Source: a virus. From it: DNA of 64,000 bases. Below are positions 51,753 to 60,535 of the stretch, piece after piece. Positions within the stretch are counted from its first letter, which is position 1. Each line of letters begins with the position of its first letter. The notes under the pieces were generated by a model. It saw only the letters and a program-made list of their open reading frames with translations, was not told the DNA's origin and did not search any database. Position numbers and translations under genes: made by a program. The DNA is taken from IMG/VR virus record IMGVR_UViG_3300036765_000035. One strand, 5' to 3'.

Positions 51753-53618
51753 ATGGAAAAATGGAAAACACTTCAACCTACAACGTCAGATATTTCTGAC
51801 GTTTCTTTTTTAGTTAAGGAATATAAAGATAAAAAAACTTCAAATATTCGAATTAAATATCCACAAGAATATGTGAATTTAATCAATATAACAAGTTTTT
51901 TACCTAATAATGCATCCACAACAAATAGATTATGGCATATTGAACATAATGTATTAGAAACAATTAAATGTGAAAAATGTAAAATAAATGATGTTAAATG
52001 GTATCCATCAAAAGGTGGATATGGTGAATATTGTTCAGTAAAATGTTCGAGTAATTCAAATGATACAAAAAATAAAATAAAAGAAACCAATTTAAAAAAG
52101 TATGGTGAAACATCATATACAAAAACAAAAAAACATAAAAAATTTTTAAAGTCTGATGAATTTAAAAATATAATGAATTCAAGAGAAGTTATAAACAAAA
52201 GAAAGAAAACTAATCTTGATAGATATGGAGTAGAAGAAATATTCCAATCTAATGAAATACAAGAAAAAATTAAAGAAACAAATGAAACAAGATATGGTGT
52301 TGACAACCCTATTAAATCGGATGAAATAAAAGATAAAATAAAAAGAACAAATTTAGAAAAATATGGAACTGAAACTCCATTTCAAAACAGTGAAATAAGA
52401 GATAAAGCTAAAGAAACACTTTATTCAGAATATGGTGTTGAATATGGGTTGCAAGCAAAAGAAATATTAGATAAAACAAAACAAAAATATTACGAAAGAA
52501 CAGGATATTCAACCCCATTTAACAATCCAATAGTTAAAGAAAAAATCAAAGAAATTTTTAAGAAAAAATATGGTGTACACCCAACACTCAAACAGTTTTC
52601 AGATAGAACAATCCAACGAATAAATGATGCAGAATGGTTGAAAGAAAAACACCATACTGAACAAAAAACATTGACAGAAATTTCTTTAAAATATCTTGAA
52701 GGATATGATATATCATCATTGTCAAATAGAATGAAACAATTTGGAATTGAAATAAATTCAAAATTGGTTTCCTTTGCAGAAAAACAATTAAGAGAATATA
52801 TAATATCTTTAGGTATCGATATTGTAACCAATGATAGAAAAACTATATCACCAATGGAATTAGATATATACATTCCAAGTTATAATATTGCAATTGAGTA
52901 TTGTGGAATATATTGGCATTCAGAATTATATAAAGATAAAAAATATCATAAAAATAAATACGAAAAGTGTAAAACACAAGGAATCAGATTAATAACCATT
53001 TTTGAGAATGAATGGATATACAAAAAAGATATTGTAAAAAATAAAATAAAGCATATTTTAGGGAAAACAATAACAAAAATATTTGCAAGAAAATGTAAAA
53101 TACGAGAACCAAGAAAAAAGGATGTTATTGAATTTATAAACAATAATCATATACAAGGATTTAAAGCATCAACAAATTACATTTCATTATATTATGATAA
53201 CAAGATGGTTTCATGTATGTGTTTAACAAAAATAAAAGAAGGATTATACAATATCGATAGGTTTGCATCAAATACAACTGTTATAGGTGGATTTAGTAAA
53301 TTATTAAAATATTTTATAAAAAATAATTTTGATAAGATTGATAAAATTGAAACTTTTTCTGATAATAGATGGGATAATGGTAATGTTTATTTAATAAATG
53401 GATTTAAACATGATAAAGAACTAGCAGAAGATTACTCATATGTTGTTAAAGATAAAACATATCATAAATCAAATTATAGAAAAAAGAATTTAAAAAATAA
53501 ATTACATTACTATGATTCAAATTTGACAGAACATCAAAATTGTTTTAATAATAAAATATATAGAATATATGATTGTGGGAAAGTTAAATTTACTTTAGAT
53601 ATAAAAAAAGAGGAATAA
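51753..53618 (+). CDS. Free-standing homing endonuclease-like protein, a paralog of 12844..14397. N-terminal Cys cluster, six roughly 30-aa K.K.TN..KYG... repeats, then a Vsr-like PD-(D/E)xK nuclease domain.
   Basis: ELDIYIPSYNIAIEYCGIYWHSELYKDK ... GIRLITIFENEW parallels the other copy and the Vsr signature. The shared C-terminal block ends KIYRIYDCGKVKF (compare KIYDCGNMVWSY). Confidence 0.6.
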   Translation: MEKWKTLQPTTSDISDVSFLVKEYKDKKTSNIRIKYPQEYVNLINITSFLPNNASTTNRLWHIEHNVLETIKCEKCKINDVKWYPSKGGYGEYCSVKCSSNSNDTKNKIKETNLKKYGETSYTKTKKHKKFLKSDEFKNIMNSREVINKRKKTNLDRYGVEEIFQSNEIQEKIKETNETRYGVDNPIKSDEIKDKIKRTNLEKYGTETPFQNSEIRDKAKETLYSEYGVEYGLQAKEILDKTKQKYYERTGYSTPFNNPIVKEKIKEIFKKKYGVHPTLKQFSDRTIQRINDAEWLKEKHHTEQKTLTEISLKYLEGYDISSLSNRMKQFGIEINSKLVSFAEKQLREYIISLGIDIVTNDRKTISPMELDIYIPSYNIAIEYCGIYWHSELYKDKKYHKNKYEKCKTQGIRLITIFENEWIYKKDIVKNKIKHILGKTITKIFARKCKIREPRKKDVIEFINNNHIQGFKASTNYISLYYDNKMVSCMCLTKIKEGLYNIDRFASNTTVIGGFSKLLKYFIKNNFDKIDKIETFSDNRWDNGNVYLINGFKHDKELAEDYSYVVKDKTYHKSNYRKKNLKNKLHYYDSNLTEHQNCFNNKIYRIYDCGKVKFTLDIKKEE

Positions 53619-53630
53619 ATCCTCTTTTTT
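53608..53630. terminator. Bidirectional hairpin terminator (AAGAGGA-ataaa-TCCTCTT) between convergent genes
   Basis: 7-bp stem flanked by an A6 run and a T6 run. Confidence 0.55.
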
Positions 53631-53994
53631 AACTTAAACCAAGCATTGCATCATTTCTTCTTCTAGCACCATCCCTTTCTCTAGGTCCACCTTGAGTAGC
53701 TTGAACATTACGTGGTACTCTACCACGAGCCTTGAATGCCCTAGAATCTGCTGAACCATATTCCTTGGCATATTTAGCCATATTGACCCCACGTGGTGTT
53801 AATTCTTCATCAGGTGTTGCTAAACCATATGCAACTAAATCATCAAATGCATCAAGTGTACTTTCTTTTGCAACACTTAAATCTAACGCACCATCATACA
53901 TTTTTTTAAGAACAAACACATGTATTGGTAATAAGTCATTAAGTTTAACATCATCTGATTCAAATGATTCAAATAAAACGTTTTTTATTTTCAT
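53629..53994 (-). CDS. Small protein with locally elevated GC and atypical codon usage, with an Arg/Gly-rich C-terminal tail. Possible recent horizontal acquisition; function unknown.
   Basis: 121-aa ORF whose DNA (ccacgtggtgt..., gccctagaatctgctgaacc...) is visibly more GC-rich than its surroundings. C-terminus ARGRVPRNVQATQGGPRERDGARRRN. Confidence 0.4.
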   Translation of the reverse strand: MKIKNVLFESFESDDVKLNDLLPIHVFVLKKMYDGALDLSVAKESTLDAFDDLVAYGLATPDEELTPRGVNMAKYAKEYGSADSRAFKARGRVPRNVQATQGGPRERDGARRRNDAMLGLS

Positions 53995-54087
53995 TTTTTT
54001 CTCCGATTTTTTAAAAACATGTTTAATAGTATTTATGATAATTGATTAAATAAGATGATATTTTTATTTAAATTTATTAAAAAAATG

Positions 54088-54116
54088 TTGACAATATATA
54101 AATATTATAATAATAT
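54088..54116 (+). promoter_or_regulatory. Sigma70-like promoter (TTGACA, about 17 nt, TAATAT) upstream of tRNA-Trp
   Basis: TTGACAatatataaatattataaTAATAT, 16 nt before the tRNA 5' end. Confidence 0.45.
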
Positions 54117-54132
54117 TTCCAATTATTAATTA

Positions 54133-54206
54133 AGGTGAGTGGTGTAATGGTAGCACAGCGTTCTCCAAAAGCGTTAATGGGGGTTCGATTCCTCTCTCAC
54201 CTGCCA
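54133..54206 (+). tRNA. tRNA-Trp (anticodon CCA), with encoded 3' CCA
   Basis: Hand-folded cloverleaf. Acceptor AGGTGAG/CTCACCT 7 bp, U8, D-stem GTGT/GCAC, anticodon stem GCGTT/AGCGT with wobbles, loop CTCCAAA, T-arm GGGGG-TTCGATT-CCTCT, discriminator G, CCA. Confidence 0.75.
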
Positions 54207-54221
54207 AAACAAAAACATTTC

Positions 54222-54875
54222 ATGAAAAAAATCAAACCAGAAAATTTTAAAATAGGTGATATATTCATTCAAGAGACAGATGGTATAACATTATATCGTT
54301 TAATACTTAATAAAAAACATGATAATAATATAGATTTTTTTATCTTTGATGATATTTTTGGATTTAACAATATTTCATTAGATTCAAATAAAGAATATGC
54401 TGTAATTTCAAATAAAACAAAAGTTAACAAAATAAAAGAAAAATATAGAAAAAGATTATTAGATAATTATAAACATTGTTTACAGTGTATATCATTATTT
54501 AATAAGCATAAACATTTATTAGATAATGGTACACAAAAAATCAAAAAATTTAAAGAATTAGAAACTGGTGATTTGTTTGACTCTGGATTTGTTTTGAATG
54601 TAGAGAAAGAAATGTTTCTTGGATATAGAGTTGAATTTTTATATAATAATGAATCATTATATCATATGATAGGTGAATTACAAACATGTTCAATAATCTC
54701 ATCAAAAGAATTATTTGATGATTGTGATGATTCTGATGATGAAACTGAATACAATATTTTTAATGGAAACATTGAAAAAGTAAAAGAATTTAAGGAGTTA
54801 ATGGTAAAGGTTATTGAACTTACTCATAATAATTATACAACATTATATAATTTAACAGAAATAGAAACAGAATAA
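54222..54875 (+). CDS. Hypothetical protein. Start moved to the first ATG downstream of tRNA-Trp.
   Basis: In-frame Met (MKKIKPENFKIGD...) at 54222. The upstream part of the annotated ORF overlaps the tRNA. Confidence 0.4.
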   Translation: MKKIKPENFKIGDIFIQETDGITLYRLILNKKHDNNIDFFIFDDIFGFNNISLDSNKEYAVISNKTKVNKIKEKYRKRLLDNYKHCLQCISLFNKHKHLLDNGTQKIKKFKELETGDLFDSGFVLNVEKEMFLGYRVEFLYNNESLYHMIGELQTCSIISSKELFDDCDDSDDETEYNIFNGNIEKVKEFKELMVKVIELTHNNYTTLYNLTEIETE

Positions 54876-54876
54876 A

Positions 54877-55425
54877 ATGTATTATGCAGGTATAGGCTCT
54901 AGAAAAATACCAAAAGTTATAAAAGATTTAATGGTAGTCATTGGATATGCAATGGCAGAAAACGGTTACGTCTTACGTTCTGGTGGTGCAGAAGGTGCAG
55001 ATACAGCATTTCAAAAAGGTTGTCAACAATGGTGTGATGACAACAATGTGCCATATTGTAAAAGACAAGAAATATATTTACCTTGGAATAATTTTAACAA
55101 TTTAAAAGTTGATAAGCATAAAGGAATAACAACAGAAACATTTTGGTTAGCACATGATTTGGTTTATGAAACTCACCCTAATGCAAAAAATTTATCACCA
55201 TCAGTAATGAAATTAATGGTAAGAAATGTTGCACAAATTTATGGCTTAAACAATACCCCATCTGATTTGATAATATGCTGGACACCTGATGGTGCAACAA
55301 AAACAACCACAAATGAAACAGGTGGAACAGGACAAGCATTAAGATTGGCATTAATAGATAACATTCCAATAATAAATTTAAAATTAAAAAAACACATAAA
55401 ATTGATTGAAAAAATATTAATATAA
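54877..55425 (+). CDS. DprA/Smf-like Rossmann-fold (SLOG superfamily) protein
   Basis: GIGSRKIPKVIKDLMVVIGYAMAENGYVLRSGGAEGADTAFQKG follows the DprA pattern (GSR......A..LA..G..VVSGLA.GID.AAH.GA). Confidence 0.45.
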   Translation: MYYAGIGSRKIPKVIKDLMVVIGYAMAENGYVLRSGGAEGADTAFQKGCQQWCDDNNVPYCKRQEIYLPWNNFNNLKVDKHKGITTETFWLAHDLVYETHPNAKNLSPSVMKLMVRNVAQIYGLNNTPSDLIICWTPDGATKTTTNETGGTGQALRLALIDNIPIINLKLKKHIKLIEKILI

Positions 55426-55433
55426 ATTAAAAC

Positions 55434-55462
55434 TTGTAAAAAAATTTTTTAAATGATATAAT
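55434..55462 (+). promoter_or_regulatory. Sigma70-like promoter (TTGTAA, 17 nt, TATAAT) upstream of the SPFH gene
   Basis: TTGTAAaaaaattttttaaatgaTATAAT, then the RBS AGGAG, then ATG at 55495. Confidence 0.5.
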
Positions 55463-55494
55463 TTTCTAACTTATTAATACTTAGGAGTAAAAAA

Positions 55495-56217
55495 ATGAAT
55501 CATTTAATTGGTATGGGAATATTTTTATTTATATATGCAGTTGCATATATTTTGTTTTTAAAAAATCATAGACAATATAATATAATTGCATTGCCATTAG
55601 TAATGGCATTAATTGTGTCATTGGGTTTTAGTGGAGCAACATTCTATGCAGAACCCGGTTTTATATATCATGTACGAACAATTACAGGAACTGAAAAAGT
55701 AATCAGTGATGTAGGGTATAATTTCCATTGGTTTGGGAGATATAACTCATGGAAAAGAGCGATGACTGTACAATCAACAGACATTGGAAATAATAATGAT
55801 ACTGATAAATTGACAGCAGAAAATACTGATTCAACTGTATTGTCAGCCATGTTACGTCCACAAAAAATAGTATTTCTTGACCAAGTTGATGCATTGATTC
55901 AATCATCTGTTAGGTTCAAAATTCCTTCAGAAGAAGAAGCTTTTTTAAGATTGGTACATGAATACAGAACACCAGATAATCTATTAAGGGCAACTTTAAT
56001 TCCAGCATTTAGAGAAACATTACAGGCAACAGCATCTTTAATGACAGCAGAAGAATATTATTCTGGTGGAAGAACAGAGTTTAGTAATGAATTTGAAACA
56101 CAGATGAATGATGGAATTTATATTGTTAAAAGGATTGAAAAAATCGAAAAAAATGTTGTAACATCAACAAGTTCCGCAAATGCATCGAAGGGTTGTAACT
56201 GTTTCATATTAATATGA
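55495..56217 (+). pseudogene. 5' portion of an SPFH/band-7 (stomatin/flotillin/HflK-like) membrane-protein gene, interrupted by the IS607-like element. The last ~10-15 codons read into the insertion.
   Basis: N-terminal TM helices, then band-7 core blocks (VRFKIPSEEEAFLRLVHEYRTPDNLLRATLIPAFRETLQATASLMTAEEYYSGGR ... GIYIVKRIEKIE). The ORF ends a few codons after GIxV..V.I.xI, where SPFH proteins normally continue. Confidence 0.5.
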
Positions 56218-56267
56218 TAAATTTTATAGAAAATTATATTTAATTTGCAATTTATATAAATACAAGT

Positions 56268-56867
56268 ATGAATAAATTAATATCTTTACAAAAAACAAGT
56301 GAAATATTGTGTCTTTCTAAATGGGGAGTCCGAAGAACACCAGAATCAATATTGCCAGTTTATCGAACAGCAGGAGGACACAGAAGATATAAACTTCAAG
56401 ATGTACAAAAATTAATAGGAGAAGAAACTAAACTAATAAGTGATGACAATAATGTTGCCATTTATAGTAGAGTTTCTTCTCATGAACAAAAGAAATCAGG
56501 TGATTTATCACGTCAAAAAGACAGATTAATCAATTATTGCATTAATAAACAATATACAATTGTATCCAACCTCGAAGAGGTTGGTTCTGGTATGAATGAT
56601 AAAAGACCAAAACTGGTTAAATTAATTGATTTGGCATGTAAAGGTGAAATAAATAAAATAATAATTGAACACCGAGACAGATTAACCCGTTTTAATTTTA
56701 ATATTTTTAAATTATTTATGAAACACCATAATGTTACTATTGAGGTTATTAAAGAATCAGAAAAAATATCTTTTGAAGAAGAATTAGTATCAGATATAAT
56801 TTCATTGATGACATCATTTTCTGGAAAAATTCATGGGAAGAGAAGCCATAAAAATGTTAATAAATAA
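56268..56867 (+). CDS. tnpA: IS607-type transposase TnpA: MerR-like HTH fused to a serine recombinase (resolvase) catalytic domain
   Basis: HTH region SEILCLSKWGVRRTPE ... YRTAGGHRRY. Catalytic-serine motif AIYSRVSSHEQK. 199 aa, overlapping tnpB by 35 nt. Confidence 0.75.
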   Translation: MNKLISLQKTSEILCLSKWGVRRTPESILPVYRTAGGHRRYKLQDVQKLIGEETKLISDDNNVAIYSRVSSHEQKKSGDLSRQKDRLINYCINKQYTIVSNLEEVGSGMNDKRPKLVKLIDLACKGEINKIIIEHRDRLTRFNFNIFKLFMKHHNVTIEVIKESEKISFEEELVSDIISLMTSFSGKIHGKRSHKNVNK

Positions 56868-58074
56868 AACATACAAAACAGAAATCAAACCAAATAATAA
56901 ACAGAAAACATTTCTTATGCAAAGTTGTGGTGTTTCGAGATTGGCTTATAATTGGGGATTGGATTTAATAAAAAATGATTATGAGCAAGGAGAAAAATAC
57001 AAAGGAGCGATTGGACTTCATAAAGCACTCTGTGCTATTAAAAAAGCACAATTTCCGTTTATGTATGATGTTAGTAAACAAGCACCCCAAAATTCACTCC
57101 GTGACTTAGATAAAGCAATGAAAAATTTTTGGAGAGGAATAAAAAATAAAAAACATATAGGGTTTCCTAAATTTAAATCAAAAAAATATTCCAAAAATTC
57201 ATTTCGTATTGATGGAGCAAATATTGATGTCACTGATAATTTTGTTAAATTACCAAAAATTGAAAAAATAAGACTGAAAGAAAGAAATTATATTCCAACT
57301 GAAAACATAAAAGTGCTGAATTGTACAATATCAAAAGAAATAAACCGATGGTTTATTTCTGTGTCAGTACAAGAAGAAATATTTAATGATAATATTCCAG
57401 AAGAAATTATTGGAATTGATTTAGGAATCAAAGATTTGGCTACTTGCTCCAATGGATTGATATTTAATAATCCAAAATATACAAATAAGTATGCTAAACA
57501 ACTAAAGTTTGCTCAACGAGAACTTAGTAGAAAAATAAAAGGTTCTAAAAACCGAGATAAACAACGCATTAAAGTTGCTAAAATACATAAGAAAATTAGA
57601 AATTCCCGAAAAGACACAATTAATAAAATGACCTCTAATATCACGAAAACCAAGTGCAGAATTATTGGAATTGAAAATCTGTGTGTATCAGGAATGACTA
57701 AGAACCATAAATTAGCAAAGGCAGTCACAGATGCCAGTTTTTTTGAAATAAGACGACAACTAGAATATAAAAGTGAATGGAATGGTGGCAGAATTTGTTT
57801 AGTTGACAGGTTTTTCCCTTCTTCCAAAACTTGTAGTTGTTGTGGATTAATCAAAGAAATGCCATTAAATGAACGGGTTTATTCATGCGATTGTGGATTT
57901 GTGATGGACAGAGACCTTAATGCGTCTATTAATTTAGAAACATATACCGCAAGTTCTGCGGAATTTAATGCTTATGGAGAGAACATAAGACTCGCTTCTA
58001 GTGAACTAGAAAAAAGCAATCTCTGTGAAGTAAGAAATAAACTTGAATTTGAATATATTGCTCAAATTCTGTAA
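56833..58074 (+). CDS. tnpB: TnpB (OrfB_IS605 / Cas12 ancestor, RNA-guided endonuclease family), apparently intact
   Basis: RuvC-I IGIDLGIKDLATCS (D), RuvC-II IIGIENLCVSG (E), zinc finger CSCCG...CDCG, RuvC-III DRDLNASINL (D). 413 aa. Confidence 0.85.
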   Translation: MGREAIKMLINKTYKTEIKPNNKQKTFLMQSCGVSRLAYNWGLDLIKNDYEQGEKYKGAIGLHKALCAIKKAQFPFMYDVSKQAPQNSLRDLDKAMKNFWRGIKNKKHIGFPKFKSKKYSKNSFRIDGANIDVTDNFVKLPKIEKIRLKERNYIPTENIKVLNCTISKEINRWFISVSVQEEIFNDNIPEEIIGIDLGIKDLATCSNGLIFNNPKYTNKYAKQLKFAQRELSRKIKGSKNRDKQRIKVAKIHKKIRNSRKDTINKMTSNITKTKCRIIGIENLCVSGMTKNHKLAKAVTDASFFEIRRQLEYKSEWNGGRICLVDRFFPSSKTCSCCGLIKEMPLNERVYSCDCGFVMDRDLNASINLETYTASSAEFNAYGENIRLASSELEKSNLCEVRNKLEFEYIAQIL

Positions 58075-58579
58075 GTTTTATAGAACGGAAGAACAAGAAC
58101 TATTAGCAAATGCAAAAGGAAAAAGACAAGTTGCTGAAAGACAGGCACAAGCAAAAGTTGAACAAATTGAACGTACAACTAAAGCAGAAACCGAAAAACA
58201 ATTAGCAATTACAGAAGCTTTAAAAATTAAAGAAAAAGCAACAATTGAACAAGAAGCAGCTAAGATTCAACTAGAAAGAGACAAACTAGTTGCTCAATCC
58301 CAAAAAGTTCTTGCAGATGCTGAAGCGTATAAAAGAAATGCAATTATTAAATCAGATAATGCGTTACAACAAAAACTTGAAGCTGAAATAAAAATTCAAA
58401 AGGTTTGGGCAGATGCATTTGCTCAACGTAAAGTTCCTCAAACAATGTTTATAACAGGAAGTTCAGGTGAATCAGGTCATGTTGGTTCAAACAATGAGTT
58501 GCAAAATATGATGCAAATGATGACACTTCAAATGGCAAAAAATCTTGATAACGATAGAAAAGTTGTAAAAGATAAGTAA
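58043..58579 (+). pseudogene. 3' portion of the same SPFH/band-7 gene (C-terminal coiled-coil/flotillin-like region), downstream of the IS607-like element. The frame opens at 58034 inside the end of tnpB.
   Basis: AKGKRQVAERQAQAKVEQIERTTKAETEKQLAITEALKIKEKATIEQEAAKIQLERDKL is a band-7 C-terminal helical repeat. The ORF has no ATG and begins within the IS. Confidence 0.5.
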
Positions 58580-58630
58580 CATTATAAAAAAACAGATATA
58601 AATAATATGATATTAAACAATAATGGATAA

Positions 58631-58876
58631 ATGATGGACAGTGATTATATATTTTCTATTAAAATAGTATTTGTTGATAATACAGAATTGGAAATTGAAA
58701 TTTCACGTAGAGCAAGTACTTATCAAATTGCAACTACAAAGATAAAAATGGAAATAGAAAAAATGGCAATGGAAGGATTTTATGAAAACTATAAAGACGG
58801 TAATATCTATACATTTCATTCCCCTTTTTCAATAAAAACAATTGAGGTAATAAAATGTTATGAAAAAAAATATTAA
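58631..58876 (+). CDS. Small hypothetical early protein
   Basis: 81-aa ORF in a same-strand array of small genes. Confidence 0.35.
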   Translation: MMDSDYIFSIKIVFVDNTELEIEISRRASTYQIATTKIKMEIEKMAMEGFYENYKDGNIYTFHSPFSIKTIEVIKCYEKKY

Positions 58877-59234
58877 TTTCACAATTGAAGAAATAGAATC
58901 AAAAAAGAAAGAAATTTTTAAAAGTCCAAAATATTGGTTATATAGAAATAAAATAAAACTGTTTAATACTGTTGAAAATATTGCAACTCTTGGATTTTTT
59001 TATGGGGTTGCAGTAACATTTTCACTCAATCATATGAATTTAATTGTTCTGGCAAATATTATAAAAGATGAATTAGATTTAATTGACGATAAAAATGATT
59101 GTCATAGAGAGTATAATATTTTAGTAAAAAACATTTTATCAAAATCGTTTTTGATGATAGATGAAGAAAATAATTTATATAATATTGAAAAACTGTTAAC
59201 AATATTATTGACATTAGAGAAAATAAACAAATGA
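58860..59234 (+). CDS. Small hypothetical early protein
   Basis: 124-aa ORF. Confidence 0.35.
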   Translation: MKKNINFTIEEIESKKKEIFKSPKYWLYRNKIKLFNTVENIATLGFFYGVAVTFSLNHMNLIVLANIIKDELDLIDDKNDCHREYNILVKNILSKSFLMIDEENNLYNIEKLLTILLTLEKINK

Positions 59235-59986
59235 AAAGAGAATTACATCATTTACAATTACTGGCAGGAATACAAAATGAAATAGGTAATACAATAAAAG
59301 ATAAAGTCCTATTTGATGATATTAAAGTTTATAAAAAGGATTGTGAGTATAAGATATTTTTACAATATCACAATTTTTTATTAAAAACAATTAAAGATGT
59401 TTTAAATCTTAAAGGACTATTTTCAAATAATACACGTGATAAATTAAATGTAAAGGATATAGAATTAGATTTGTTTTCAACATGTTATAGAATTGAAGTT
59501 TTTCTTGATGACATTAAAAAAGGAAAAAATAAATTTTATGAACATATTCTAGAAAAAACATCTACTAGGACACCCAATGTAAATAAAATTACGTTAAAAA
59601 CAAATAAAGAGAAAGAAACAAATACATTATCATTAAAAGATATAGTTGATGCTAATTTAGATATATTTGGAAATAATAACATAATTCCAGATTTTAATTC
59701 TTATATGTTTAATCCATATAATAAGAATATATATGAAACATTTTTATCAGATTTAAAAAATGGGTTAATAAATAAAATGGAATATGTTGAAAATGTTGTT
59801 GGAGATAATAAAAATAATAAAATACTTTCTTATTCTGACAAGAAAATTAAAGAAATTGATAAAATGTTTAAAAATGTAAATGATGGAAATTTTACATCAT
59901 CAGTAAAAGATTTAAAAGATTGCATTGTCAGCGTTTATAATAAATATATAACTTTTGAAAAAAAATATAATGAAGAAAAATCTTAA
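59231..59986 (+). CDS. Hypothetical protein
   Basis: 251-aa ORF coupled to its neighbours. Confidence 0.4.
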   Translation: MKRELHHLQLLAGIQNEIGNTIKDKVLFDDIKVYKKDCEYKIFLQYHNFLLKTIKDVLNLKGLFSNNTRDKLNVKDIELDLFSTCYRIEVFLDDIKKGKNKFYEHILEKTSTRTPNVNKITLKTNKEKETNTLSLKDIVDANLDIFGNNNIIPDFNSYMFNPYNKNIYETFLSDLKNGLINKMEYVENVVGDNKNNKILSYSDKKIKEIDKMFKNVNDGNFTSSVKDLKDCIVSVYNKYITFEKKYNEEKS

Positions 59987-60341
59987 AAGTTTGATTGAAA
60001 CCATCATTGATAAAAGGAAATATGTTTATGGGTGGGATGGATATGATGGAATACCAATTAACGACAGTACAGTGATAGATGGAATTAAATTATTGCTTAA
60101 TAATATTTTCTTGAATTCTCCTATTATTTCATATGCAGGTGATGGTGAACTTTCATTTTATTGGAGTAACAGTAATTTAACAATGTTAATAAGTTTATAT
60201 GGCAATGGGTTATATGAATATGGTGGAATTAATAAAATAACTAAAGAAGAATTAGAAGATGAAGATATTGATATAAATGAACCTATTCCAAAAAATATCA
60301 TGGAATTAATAAATATTGAAAACAATAATGAGGAAATATAA
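59955..60341 (+). CDS. Hypothetical protein
   Basis: 128-aa ORF. Confidence 0.35.
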   Translation: MKKNIMKKNLKSLIETIIDKRKYVYGWDGYDGIPINDSTVIDGIKLLLNNIFLNSPIISYAGDGELSFYWSNSNLTMLISLYGNGLYEYGGINKITKEELEDEDIDINEPIPKNIMELINIENNNEEI

Positions 60342-60535
60342 TGCCAATATTAGATTTTAAATGTAATAAATGTGGGAAAGAACATAAAGATAAGGTTGTA
60401 TCATTTTCTATTGCTGATTCAGGATATGAATGTGATAATGTAGAAAATGATGTTAAATGTGATGGGACAATGGAAAAAAGTAAGGTGATAACATCAAGCT
60501 CAACGTTCATTTTTAAAGGAAAATTAAGATATTAA
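60341..60535 (+). CDS. Small Cys-rich protein (zinc-ribbon-like)
   Basis: CNKCGKEHKDK ... CDNVENDVKCDG. Confidence 0.35.
   Translation: MPILDFKCNKCGKEHKDKVVSFSIADSGYECDNVENDVKCDGTMEKSKVITSSSTFIFKGKLRY

Larger units (their letters stand above)
56180..58085 (+). mobile_element. IS607-family insertion sequence (serine-recombinase TnpA plus TnpB), about 1.9 kb. Ends are approximate, as the family has no terminal inverted repeats.
   Basis: The overlapping tnpA/tnpB gene pair is typical of IS607. Both flanks are SPFH-gene fragments. Confidence 0.65.

Noticed and set aside
51194-52306. Antisense ORFs 51194..51613 and 51773..52306
   Set aside because: They are embedded in the well-supported gp21 protease gene and the homing-endonuclease gene on the opposite strand.
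54135-54221. N-terminal 29 codons of ORF 54135..54875
   Set aside because: This stretch is the tRNA-Trp gene. The protein more plausibly starts at the ATG at 54222.
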